Of a stretch of DNA of 64,000 nt, positions 52,144-64,000 are shown piece after piece; within the stretch, counting starts at the first letter, position 1, and each line of letters starts with the position of its first letter. A model generated the notes under the pieces. The model worked only from the letters and a program-made list of their open reading frames with translations. It did no database searches and had not been told where the DNA came from. Source of the DNA: Squalus acanthias (lineage: Eukaryota); the NCBI GenBank assembly GCA_030390025.1, contig CM059432.1:115632001-115696000 (forward strand), written 5' to 3'. A program made the position numbers and the translations under genes.

Positions 52144-54125
52144 ATCATAGAATCATAGAAATTTACAGCACAGAAGGAGGCCATTTGGCCCATCATGTCC
52201 GTGCCGGCCAACAAAGAGCTATCCTGCCTAATCCCACTTTCTAGCACTTGGTCCGTAGCCCTGTAGGTTACGGCACTTCAAGTGCATATCCAAGTACTTT
52301 TTAAATGTGATGAGGGTTTCTGCCTCTACCACCCTTTCAGGCAGTGAGTTCCAGACCCCCACCACCCTCTGGGTGAAGAAATTTCTCCTCAATTCCCCTC
52401 TAATCCTTCTAACAATTACTTTATATTTATGCCCCCTGGTTACTGACCTCTCTGCTAAGGGAAATAGGTCCTTCCTATCCACTCTATCTAGGCCCCTCAT
52501 AATTTTATACACTTCAATTAGGTCTCCCCTCAGCCTCCTCTGTTCCAAAGAAAACAACCCCAGCCTATCCAATCTTTCCTCATAGCTAAAATTCCCCAGC
52601 CCAGGCAACATCCTCGTGAATCTCCTCTGCACCCTCTCTAGTGCAATTACATCCTTCCTGTAATGTGGTGACCAGAACTGTATGCAGTATTCTGGCTGTG
52701 GTACCTAGTGTTTTATACAGTTCAAGCATAACCTCCCTGCTCTTGTATTTTATGCTTCAGCTAATAAGGGCAAGTATCCTGTATGCCTTCTTAACCACTT
52801 TATCTACCTGTCCTGCTACCTTCAGGGATCTGTGGACATGCACTCCAAGGTCCCTCTGATCCTCTGCACTTCTCAATGTCCTAACATTTATTGTGTATTC
52901 CCTTGCCTTGTTAGCCCTCCCCAAATGCATTACCTCACACTTCTCCGGATTGAATTCCATTTGCCACTGTTCTGCCCGCCAGACCAGTCCATTGATATCT
53001 TCCTGCAGTCTGCAGCTTTTTTCTTCATTATCAACCACACGGCCAATTTTTGTATCATCTGCAAACTTCTTAATCATACTTCCTACATTGACATATACCA
53101 CAAAAAGCAAAGGACCCAGTACTGAGCCCTGCAGAACCCCACTGGAAACAGCCTTCCAGTCACAAAAACACCCTTCGACCATTACCCTTTGTTTCCTGCC
53201 TCCGAGCCAATTTTGGATCCAACTTGCCACTTTGCCTTGGATCCCATGGGCTTTTACTTTCATGACCAGTCTGCCATGCGGGACCTTATCAAAAGTCTTG
53301 CTAAAATCCATATAGACTACATCAAACGCACTACCCCTCATCGACCCTCCTTGTTACCTCCTCAAAAAATTCAATCAATTTAGTCAGACACGACAAATCC
53401 ATGCTGACTGTCCCTGATTAATCCGTGTCTTTCTAAATGAAGATTTATCCTGTCCCTCAGAATTTTTTCCTATAATTTTCCCACCACCAAGGTTAGGCTG
53501 ACTGGCCTGTAATTACTCGGTCTGTCCCTTTCTCCCTTTTTAAACAACGGTACCACGTTAGCAGTCCTCCGGCACCACACCTGTAGCCAGAGAGGATTGG
53601 AAAATGATGGTCAGAGCCTCTGCTATTTCCTCTCTTACTTCTCTTAACAGTCTGGGATACATTTCATCCGGGCCGGAGGATTTATCCACTTTTAAAAATG
53701 CTAAACCCCTTAATACTTCCTCTCTCACTATGTTTATTTCATCTAATATTTCACACTCCTCCTCCCTGATTGCAATGTCTGCATTGTCCCTCTCTTTTGT
53801 GAAAACAGACGCAAAGTATTCATTAAGAACCATACCCATGTCTTCTGCCTCCACACACAGCTTACCTTTATGGTCCCTAATAGGCCCTACTCTTACTTTA
53901 GTTATGCTCTTGCTCTTAAATTTATTTATAAAACATCTTTGGGTTTCCCTTGATTTTACTTGCCAATATTTTTTCATGCCCTCTCTTTACTTTCCTAATT
54001 TCTTTTTTAATTTCACCCCTGCACTTTCTATACTCCTCTCGGGTTTCTGCAGTATTGTGCCCTATTGATCTGTCATAAGCTTCCCTTTTTTCTTTTTCCT
54101 ACCCTGTATGCCCCTTGACATCCAA
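52144..54125 (-). mobile_element. CR1 ORF2 3' portion
   Basis: ORFs 53558-53977, 52757-53341, 52228-52632; (ATTCTATG)n-type tail. Confidence 0.9.
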
Positions 54126-55962
54126 CTTTAGCCCAAAACGGGCATGAAGTCGGTGGACACCCACCTTCGGCAGGTGATGAAGTCTGTGCCCACCAAATAT
54201 ATTGAATGGGAGAACCAAACCATTTTCAGGTTTGGGCCTCAGCAGAACACAATCGGTGAGGTGTCCAGTGCTCAATGAGTGCTCGCAGGCAGCTCACCAA
54301 ACTGGAGGGCAGAAAATCCAGTGGCTCCATGAGCAAACCAAACTGAAAGTCGCGGTAAAAGGTGGTGGTGGGGTGCGAAGAGAGGCACTCTTCCTGGACC
54401 TACAAAATGTTCCAGGGTGTTTTTGGAGTGGCCCTTTAAAGACTGCTGGTTAGGCAGATCACTGCCTGGTGCAAATGGACATTTGCTTATCGGAATAGGG
54501 CCCCAATTTGCATATCCAAGCAGCCTTTTACCTGTTTTGAGCAGGGGTGCTTCGCGCCTGTTGTAAATTTCAATCGGGCCTTGGGCCAGGGATGTTTCCT
54601 GCCATTGTCAACTGCTGGACACCTTGTAAATAGGAAGGCTGCGCTTTGCCTTGAGATCTGGTGTACACATATACTAAGCTGTTGGGAGAAAGCTGCATCT
54701 CCATGCCAGGGGCCAATCATTTAGGCTAGTTAATTTGTCTCAGTGACATTATTGCCAGTAATCATAAATTCATTGCATCAGAAAGTACCTTGAAATACTA
54801 ATGTAGGCAAACTTGGTTAGAATTTATTTCTGTTTATACTAGGTTTCATTCGACAACCAAGAGACTGCTATTCACACCATACCTACTTGTCCAGTAGAAA
54901 TGATTAATATTCTGATTGCTTGAGTATTGAGAAAGAATTTGTATGTTCTTCAAAGAAGTCTGTTTCAGGGTCAGGGAAAGACAGGAACATATCCAAACAA
55001 CAGTCCGAGGATTTTCATAGTTTTGACCAGCTGTTTCCAATCCAGGCAGCCTGGAGTCGTTTGGTGAAAGCCTTTGGAGCTATGATTCATCAGAAATTCG
55101 GTTTCATGATTTTGGAAAGAAGTACAAAGGTTTCCAACTCCATTCTCTTTTTGGAACAGTTTAAGTATTGCTTAAGTCAAGTATTGTAACTGCGGTGTGT
55201 TTTCTGCTTCTGTGTAACATGCTAGCCCATTCATGTCACACACAAAATTGCAAGTTTCAGTTCACAGGAAACATTATGCTCATTATGCATTTATGCTCTG
55301 AACACTGAGGAAATAGTGGTGGGAAAGGACCTGAATTGTAACACTTGGGTCCTCTAGGTCTACAATCCAAATGAAATATCTTTCTCAGTGTATTAAATCC
55401 TCCCCCGCGATAAACCCCTAGTCATCCTAAAGAGGCATCTATAACATAACTAGCAAGTTACACCGAACTTTACCCCACTTTGCGGAACTAATGGTAGGCT
55501 TCATACTGAATAAACTTTTAAGAAGAAAAGACATTGTTAAAAGTAGGTTAGTCTAATGATAGTTAACTAAAAGATTAATGAAAGTAGTTTCCTAGTGGCC
55601 TTTTAGTTGGAAAACTTCGACACCTACTTATTTTATATTAAGTAAAGACTTTCCAACTCTATGCTAACTTAAGTATTTTCTAAAACTTGCACAGTTGACC
55701 AAAGCTGGATCCTCCTTCACCTCTCCCCCGGCCCCACCACTCCCCGGTCAATGGAACACAAATCCAGTCGCTTCACGAGACATCTCTGGCGAAGCAGACT
55801 GCAGCCGGATTAAGAACGGGAGTCACAGGCGGTTTTTAAACTCAGTAGTATTGCAAAAAGCCGCTATTTTTCCTCCCCAGGCTTAACAATTCCAAAATGG
55901 GAGGTTCAGAATCATTCCATTACAGAACGGTACGGACCAGATAAAAGACACAAAATGTTTAC

Positions 55963-56076
55963 CCTTTCCAGAAACTCCTCCTCCCGTTGACGAGCAGTTC
56001 TTTTCTTGCCCGATTCGGCGCCAAGTAAAGGCAGAATGAGCCAGGTGAGGAGCAGCAGCTGCGACAGGGAACCCAT
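55963..56076 (-). CDS. CTHRC1: Collagen triple helix repeat-containing protein 1, exon 1 (signal peptide)
   Basis: MGSLSQLLLLTWLILPLLGAESGKKRTARQREEEFLER then GT donor, phase 0. Hydrophobic signal peptide plus RQRE motif as in recalled human CTHRC1. Confidence 0.85.
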
Positions 56077-57075
56077 GATGGGAGCAGGAGGATTAAAACT
56101 GAGACCCCAAAGATGAGGCAGGGAATTCACACAGACCCCACTCGGCCTCTCGCTGCTTCAGATCAAGAACATCAACATCTGCAGGGATTTCAGGAATGTC
56201 TCAGCCCATACACTGACTCACGTCTGTGTGCAGCTCCACTTCAGATCCAGTGAAAGAGTGGGAATGTTTCAGACTTTCCAAACTTACAGATTCAACCTTT
56301 GTTAGAAAGTTTAGATTGCTCGCTGGAATGAAAATAAAGCCATGGGTGGAAAAACAAGTTTGTGGTCAGTAAAGGTTTGGTCAGGATACAGATTGTCGGT
56401 TATAAACCGCCGCTCGGTTTGGGAACAAAGGCGGATCTGTCTTCCTTTACAGCTTCAAACTGAATGAATGCAGTTTTCAAGCTGGATATTATAAACGTGG
56501 CGTGTCAACTGATTTAGACAGAACACAAAGCGCAAATGATAGGATATGTAAATAGTACGCTTCAAAAATATAGTTACCAGAGCGCTTCTTATAGTACATC
56601 TTAACATAAGTGTACATTTCTGTTAGCATTTTAATCAGTGGGTATTCACCGATCTTCCCCTTCCCTCCCCCTCACTCGCCAGTTGAAAAGGTGCTTTATT
56701 GCCCGACTGAGGTTGCATTTACAGGACACGTGTCGGTTCCTGCTCGGCGCTGTCGAGACTGCACGAATGCTCAACTTACTGGTGTGGTGTAGTGGGTGCT
56801 GAGATCGGTGCTGACTCTGAAGAGAAGCAGGGACTCCCTCCTCCAGGGAGTTTCACTCCGCTTGGCGCCAGTGCCTATTCATATCCTGACCCGGAATTCA
56901 GGCTGACTTTCCAGTAGAACCATTACACACCAACACCACAGTTGTGGTGTAAATGTAACTTATCAGAACTTTGTAACTATTTGGGCCGGGGGAATGGAGA
57001 TTTTAGTCTGAAGCAGAATATTGCATTTCAGGCAATCAGGTTAGCTCTAGCTGCATTAATACTTTCTCTAATACG

Positions 57076-58060
57076 AAGATAGGAACAGGAGTAGGCCATT
57101 CAGCCCCTCCAGCCTGTTCCACCATTCAGTTAGAATGGCTGATCCGTATCTTAACTCCATCTACCCGCCTTGATTCCATATCCCTTAATACCCTTACCTA
57201 ACAAAAATCTATCAATCTCAGTTTTGACATTTTCAATTGACCCCCAGCCTCAACAGCTTTTTACATAGGATATATGGCACAGAAACAGGCCATTCGGCCC
57301 AACCAGTCCATGCCGGCGTTTATGCTCCACTCGAGCCTCCTCCCATCTTTCCTCATCTAAATCTATCAGCATAACCCTCTATTCCCTTCTCCCTCATATG
57401 CTTGTCTAGACTCCCCTTAAATGCACCTATACTATTCGCTTCAACCACTCCCTGTGGTAGCGAGTTCCACATTCTCACCACTCTTTGGGTAAAGAAGTTT
57501 CTTCTGAATTCCCTATTGGATTTCTTGGTGACTATCTTATATTGATGGTCTCTAGTTATGCTCTTCCCCACAAGTGGAAATATTCTCTCTGTATCCACTC
57601 TATCAAAATTTGTCATAATTTTAATGACCTCTATTAGGTCACCCCTCAGTCTTTTTTCAAGAGAAAAGAGACCCAGCCTGTTCATCCTTTCCTGATATGT
57701 ATACCCTCTCATTTCTGGTATCATCCTTGTAAATCTTCTCTGCACCCTCTCCAGTGCCTCTATATCCTTTTTATAATATGGCGACCAGAACTGTACACAG
57801 TACTCTAAGTGTGGTCTAACCAAGGTTTGATACAGGTTTAGCATAACTTCCCTACTTTTCAATTCTATACCTCTAGAAATAAACCCTAGTGCTTGGTTTG
57901 CTTTTTTTATGGCCTTGCTAACCTGTGTCGCAACTTTTAGTGATTTGTGTATTTGTACTCAGATGTCTTTGTTCCTCTACCCCACCTAGACTCGCACCCT
58001 CCAAGTGATAAGTGACCTCCCTATTCTTCCTACCAAAATGTAACAAATCACATTTGCACA
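57076..58060 (-). mobile_element. Two adjacent CR1 3' fragments
   Basis: ORF 57353-57862 is an RT C-terminus; a second tail lies at 57076-57262. Confidence 0.85.
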
Positions 58061-59876
58061 CTCACACCGGTATCTCAATATCATGCCACATGTGCCATTC
58101 GATACAAGCCATTCTCGGGCTTTCAGGTGATCTCATCAAAAGAGATGTCTGGAGATCTTTGCTCATCTCCCATTACATAGTCCCAATGTCTTGGGTAGTG
58201 GCCAGACTATCAAATACAGTTTTCTTAAAAAGTTCATTATAGGCAGGGACACAAATGTCTCCAAGAAAAAGCTATCCATTTACTATTCTTAACTACACTT
58301 TCCTGACTTTCACTAGAATGTTAGGAAAATTCTAATTTGATGGTGTAATATTCCTGTTACTATCGTACATCCTCAATCACTTCCTCTAATTTCATTTTAC
58401 ACATCTCATTAATTACCATTCTATCTAATTCATGAGCCCTGGAGGAACTTTATTGTCCAGTACAATATTTAAGTTAGAAAACATAGATCAAACATTCCCA
58501 CTTGTTCCAAGTTTGTTTTTTTATTCTTTATTTTAGATGAACTTTTATTTTCCCAAAATGACCTGATATATTGTGCCTGAATCCATTTGATCAGTTCAAA
58601 ATTATCCCAAATCCAAATGGTAGTATTGTTGGACTGACAGGTTTTGTCAATGTTCAATTTTATTTCCCCCAAAACACTTGCTTCTTTAATACACAGCAAT
58701 TGGCAGGACCACCTAGACTGCTTTCCACCAGTTCCTTTTAATGAAAATGTGATGATCTCTTTAAACTTCAGTTAAACTTCCCTTGCTTGAGTGCTTGAAA
58801 TAGCAACTCATATAAAAAAAATTTTAATCAATTTATCTTATCATTTCCAATTTCAGAAACAGGCTTGGTGGTTTTACATGGTGTTTTAACATTAGAGATA
58901 GAAGTGCTTGCAATTAGTTTACAAGGTAAGTTCCATATCTCCCCTTCTCGAGCACTGAAAGGGTTAAGTCTGAGACTGGGCTTTTGAAAGGCAAAGCCTT
59001 CAGTCCAAATCGTCACCAGGCTGTGATTTTGATGTCTACCGATGTCTGCAGATAAATTCTTAAAACTGCTAGATATTTTGCTATGCCATCAATATTCATG
59101 CTGTCTGGAAAGCCATGGTCACCTGTTTAAAACAAAAACAGAGAATCCATTGTGGCTCTGTTTAAGAGCCCAAGCGGTTAATTTGTCAAATCATAATTTT
59201 CCTTCTGCACTGTGGGGAAATATCTACTTAAAATTAAGAAATTTAAATTTAATAATCTCCAATATATAAATTTAAAGTCAGCAATACAAAAGTTGTTGCT
59301 TGGTGAATTAAAAAAAACAGCTGTCAGTGGAAAGAGTTAACTCCTTTGCAGGTTTATAAGAAGACAGAGCAAAATATTGTCAGATGCATGCAATTGCGTC
59401 ACTTCACGTAAATTGAAAAAAAACTTTCCCGATCGAAAAAGACAGTAAATTAGCAGATGGTGCTAATGGGGCGCTAGAGCATTATTGCCGGGGCGAGGCG
59501 AATCCAACGCTGTACGCCAAATCCCGCCGCTAACAGTTATCACTGGTAGCCTCAACACCAGGTGGATCGTGATGTCAGTGAGTGTGCAACGCTCACTGGC
59601 TGCCCAATCTGCGAAATTGATTGTCGTCACCTATCTTAGCACCTGGAGGAAACAGCGACAGGGAGAGCTGATGTGAAGCAACAGGAAGCCGGCTCCAGGG
59701 ACGTTATTTAAAGGGATCATCAGTAATGAGTCGCAGCTGTAGGTTAGTGGAGTTTCAGTGCTTTCTTGTTAGTTTCACATAGTGCAACAGTCTCATTCCA
59801 TAATTTCAATGTTATTTAGTATCAGGAGTGTTGTGGTAGCTAAAAAGTAGCTACATTTATTCTTAAAAAAATCAAA

Positions 59877-60912
59877 ATGCTACACTTGGTTACAGTAATG
59901 GGGGCTGTACTGGGAGTCGACCTCGCCCTCCAGGATCTAAGGCGGAGGGAGCAGAGGCAGCGAGAAAGACTGGAACATGTGGCCAGAGGGAGGAGGAGGG
60001 CCATCAGGGCTCTCAACAGGAGGCCTTACCCTCAGGGTATTCCGAGAGCACTTCTCCTACCTCCAATTAAGCGAGGAACAATGTAGTAGAAGGCTCCACT
60101 TCACCAAGTTGGGAGTCACAGAACTCTGCCACCTCCTGCAACCAGACCTCCAGCTTCAGATCAGGGTGACAATGGCTCTCTCAGTGGCAGTCAAGGTCAC
60201 CGTTGCTCTCAATTTCTTCACCAGCGGATCCTTCCAGTCTGCAACAGGAGATATAGCTAACATCTCGCAGTTCACCGTCTATCGCTGCATCCGGGAGGTC
60301 ACAGAGGCTCTCTACAGTAGGAGAAGAGACTACATTTCCTTCCCCATCACCAGAGAGAAGCAGGACAAGCGTGCATGTGGCTTTGACAGTATAGCAGGAT
60401 TCCCCATGATGCAGGGCACCATTGACTGCACCCATGTGGCTTTGTGGGCACCGCATAACAATCCTGAGATATTCCATAACCACAAAGGCTACCACTCAAT
60501 TAATGTGCAGTTGGTGTGCGACCACAGACAGCGAATCCTCAATGTGAATGCCTGCTATTCTGGCAGCAGCCACGATGCCTTCATCCTGCACCAGACCAGT
60601 GTGCCAGCACTCTTCCAGCCCCCACGTCAAGCTTGCGGCTGGCTGGTCGGAGACAAGGGCTATCCGCTCTCCACCTGGCTCATGACTCCCCTCCGCTACC
60701 CCAACACTCCTACCCAGCACTCATATAATGAGAGCCATGCTGCCACGAGGAACATCATCGAACAGACCATCGGCCTGCTGAAGTAACGTTTCTGCTGCCT
60801 TGACTGCTCGGGAGGAGCCCTCCAGTACTCGGCAGAGCGGGTGTCCCATTTCTTGTTGGTCTGCTGCATGCTCCACAGCTTGGCCATCATGAGGGCCCAG
60901 CCCTTGCCACCA
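59877..60912 (+). pseudogene. Harbinger (HARBI1-like) DDE transposase
   Basis: GTIDCTHV, KGYHSINVQLVCD, GSSHDAFIL, GDKGYP, IIEQTIGLLK*RF, CCMLHS. Frameshift near 60031 and stop at 60784-60786. Confidence 0.88.
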
Positions 60913-60922
60913 AAAATATTAA

Positions 60923-62585
60923 CTATTCACCCTCATGCAATCCCTTAGTGCCTCTTGTTACTGTGACTTTGCCTACTCTAGTGCTCCTATGAAGTGTTTC
61001 CCCAATGGCTGCAGCAGGGCTGGTGGAAGGCTGCTGAGTGTCCGTGCGGGAGACTTCAGATGGCCTTGCAGGACGCCCCCAACCAGCTCTGGGCCTGGAA
61101 GGCCCAGCTGTAGACTGCACCACCTCAGCATGGGCGGCAGTAGTCTGGGCTGGCTGGATGACAGGCAGCGACAAGGGCAATGGCGGAGTGCCAGTGGTGG
61201 GAGCAGGAATGCTGTCATCCTGAGAGAGGACAGCAGGTTCCTGCTCCACTGACCCACTGCCACTCCCCCGGGGCAGCACCTCAGCATCCCTAGCAATCTG
61301 TTGGAGCATAGATTGCTGGCCTGCTGCGACACCGTAAAAGCCCCGGTGGACGGTGGTAGACCCAGCCACGATGGCAGCAGTCAGAGCTTGCGTGGCATCA
61401 AGCTGAGACTGCATGAGAGCAGTCTGAGATTGAATGGCACCAGCCATAGACTGCATTACAGCACTAAGACGTTGCGTCACTTCCACCTGTGCTGCAATGG
61501 AAGCTTCCAGATCGCCCATCACACGCAGCATCAGGTCTGGGTCGCCACAGTCTCTCTGGGAGTCTACCATCCATTGCAGACTGGAAATGATGGGCTCCAT
61601 GGTGCGCACAGAGCCTTGTGCAATGTTGGAGGCGGACTCCTCCACACCCCTTACCATTGCCGAGAGGCTCTCGGGCACCCTTGCCCTTGCACCTATCATC
61701 TCTGTGTGCATGCTAATCACCCTTCTAAACGCCTCCCCATCGAGGTCCTCATCTGAGTCCTGTGCAACAGAACTCGCGCGTGAACTCGAGCTACCCTTTC
61801 CCCCTGTCCTTGCTGCAGCCCACTCATCCCCGGTGACTCACCCTGTGCAGCTCCTGCTACTATACTAGCCTCTAAAGAATGTGTAGGGTCAGTATCTGAG
61901 CTGGTGCCTGCGGGTGAGACATGTGGTGATGTGGTGTGTTCTTCCTGCTCCTCTTCTCCCACCTTGCTCTCTACGGTGCCCTCAGGGACAGGCTGCTCAG
62001 GTGCTTGCTCATTATCTGAAAGCATAAAGGCACAAGAGTCAGGTTAAGGTGAGGGGAGGGGGGCAGGAAGGGAGAAATGCATGCATACAGCATGATTAGC
62101 TTGGAAGTGCAAAACGCTTGTGGTGTGAAGGGGAAGTGGGATGTGAGAAGAAGGACTAGGGATGAACATACCGTTGTTGTCCCCAAGGGGGTCAATGTTG
62201 CCAGTGGCCACGGCGCCCACCACCTGCCGCCCAATAATATGCAGCACTCTTTCCTCCAGCTCAGACAGTGGTTGGGTGTCGGCTTGTCCCCCGCCTGTGC
62301 GCTCCTGCTCCCTCCTGTTGTGAGCCACCTTGGCCTGCAAGAGAAAGGAAAGTGTGTGAGTGAATGTGGAGCAATGTGTTTGGGAGATGTGCCTGCCATA
62401 GTTGAATAGCTGTCATTGTGTGCAAGGTGTGAGATGTGGGTGTGAGTGTTGGTAGGTGGAGATTGTTGGTGGGTGAGTGCTGGGGGTGTGGTGCTTTGGG
62501 CAGTGTGTGAAGACTGTGCTTCAGATGGTGATATGTAGCATTTGTTGAAGCATTCACTCACCCTGACCACACAAGTGAGGTCGTT
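60923..62585 (-). pseudogene. Harbinger Myb/SANT-like DNA-binding protein gene, spliced and 5'-truncated
   Basis: Exons 62585-62562 (NDLTCVVR|gtgagt), 62334-62172 (AKVAHNRREQERTGGG..LSELEERVL) and 62015-60923; splice phases are consistent. Confidence 0.75.
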
Positions 62586-63733
62586 ATTATTAACTTTAAA
62601 TAAAACATTCTCATCAGGGAAGACAGCATTTTAGATTAAACTCCAACTGTTTTTAAACATTTTTAAAGAGGTTTCCAACCCCAAGATTTCCCAGCACAAT
62701 GAAGATGAATAAACAAGCAGAATCAACTCAAATGTGCCAAAATTCCAATTCAAATCATTAAACAGTTAAGAAATTCAAAACTGCCAATGTAAAAGTCTCA
62801 TGTCCAGAACTAGAAACCTTCACATAATTTAAAATAATAACCAGAATTTCACTGTGGTCGCAATGAAGGTCAAATTTTCACAATTTAATTGTTAACCTCA
62901 ATAATTCCAATTTAATTCAGACCAATATTTTATTAACTAAACACAATACAGAACAGATAAAACAAAACAACATAGCACATGCTTACAAAAAACAGTCAAT
63001 TATGTCATCTATCTTTTTTATTCTTCAGGCGCCTTTTCCAATGACTGAAAAATATTGAATATAACTGGAGAAAAATTAGTTTTCACATTTAAACAAATCA
63101 AATCAAAGTGCTTTGGAAATTTCAAATCAAGTACCAGGCACCATGGCAACCATAACTTCAAGGCTGAATCTTGGAGTGAAACTTATCTTCTGTTAAACAA
63201 ACTTTTGTTTTTGCTTTTCTGATCCTTTCCACACCAGAGTTTTTAACTTAAATTGTAGTTCAACGTTTTTTTTTCCCAATTCTGGGTGCACAATCTTAAA
63301 TTAAAATGAACATACTTAACATATTCACACATTCACGCAACTTAGAAATATTGATCCCTGTAATGGGTTATGAACGTCAAGAGTACCAAATTTTATTATG
63401 TGATATTCCCAGGTCGTGAGCCTGTTCACAAAGTTTAAATCAATTCAAAAATCAAAAACATGGTTCAAGTATCTCACAAATAATACACGTGTATACCTCC
63501 ATAAATCAATAAACAAACTTAAAACAACACATGCTTGTAGGAAAAACATCAATTAAACATACTTCCAACTGAAAGACAAGACTACAAAGGGTTAAACGGC
63601 TTTTAGTTTTGTGCACAGAAAAGTGGGTGGAGCTAAAACAAACATAACAGACACTTTTTTAAAGACAGAATTTCAGACAAAGGAAACGCTGTAACTTTCT
63701 AAACATTCATAGTCAGGAAAACTTCCACACTTT

Positions 63734-64000
63734 AAGGCTGCGATTTCGCCTACCGAGGCAGGTCCAGTGCGGCTGGGGTCGGTGGCGGGGTGTGACCCTG
63801 CTGCTGGCTCCAGCCTGCTCTGAAATGATTTTACGCTGATTGGGCTTGTTAAGCCCGCCCAGCGCGTTTGCCAGCCAATTGAAGGAAGTGGGTCTGATGA
63901 GGTCACTTGATTATTCGTCATCAGCCGGTTTCCTTAAAGGGACCATGTGCAAATTGATTTTGACTGTTGTGCTGTCAGCGTTCTACAGCATTGAGGTGCT
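63734..64000. mobile_element. Start of a MITE related to 18928-19662 (runs off the window)
   Basis: Shared blocks cttgttaagcccgccc..gccaatt. Confidence 0.5.

Larger units (their letters stand above)
59368..62585. mobile_element. Decayed, truncated PIF/Harbinger DNA transposon
   Basis: Convergent DDE transposase and Myb/SANT-partner genes; the left boundary is approximate. Confidence 0.85.

Noticed and set aside
59877..60912. Domesticated host HARBI1 gene
   Set aside because: It has a frameshift and an internal stop, and is paired with a convergent Myb gene as in a transposon.
58060..64000. Exons of FZD6, the expected upstream neighbour by recalled human synteny
   Set aside because: No Frizzled-like coding sequence was recognised, and the AT-rich tracts could not be assigned.

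Overview
Eukaryotic, repeat-dense vertebrate DNA, most likely from a cartilaginous fish (inferred from HE1/V-SINE and Deu-SINE-like elements). Two genes are arranged tail-to-tail. On the + strand are the last two coding exons of the mitochondrial folate/FAD carrier SLC25A32 (2031-2176, 6038-6167). On the - strand is the complete four-exon CDS of CTHRC1 (ATG 56076, stop 8808; 232 aa). Most of the rest is transposon-derived: many CR1 LINEs (several nested), L2 and Tx1 fragments, Penelope-like elements with minimal hammerhead ribozyme motifs, a nearly intact CsRn1-type Gypsy LTR element, a decayed PIF/Harbinger transposon (transposase plus spliced Myb/SANT gene), and a family of 3-bp-TSD MITEs. 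The most unusual signals are (i) two diverged MITE copies that keep covarying hairpins and the same 14-nt and 30-nt micro-exon/splice-site cassette, and (ii) a Penelope > CR1 > Gypsy/MITE nested stack in CTHRC1 intron 3. All assignments come from reading the sequence and recalled family knowledge; no database searches were run, and many repeat boundaries are approximate.
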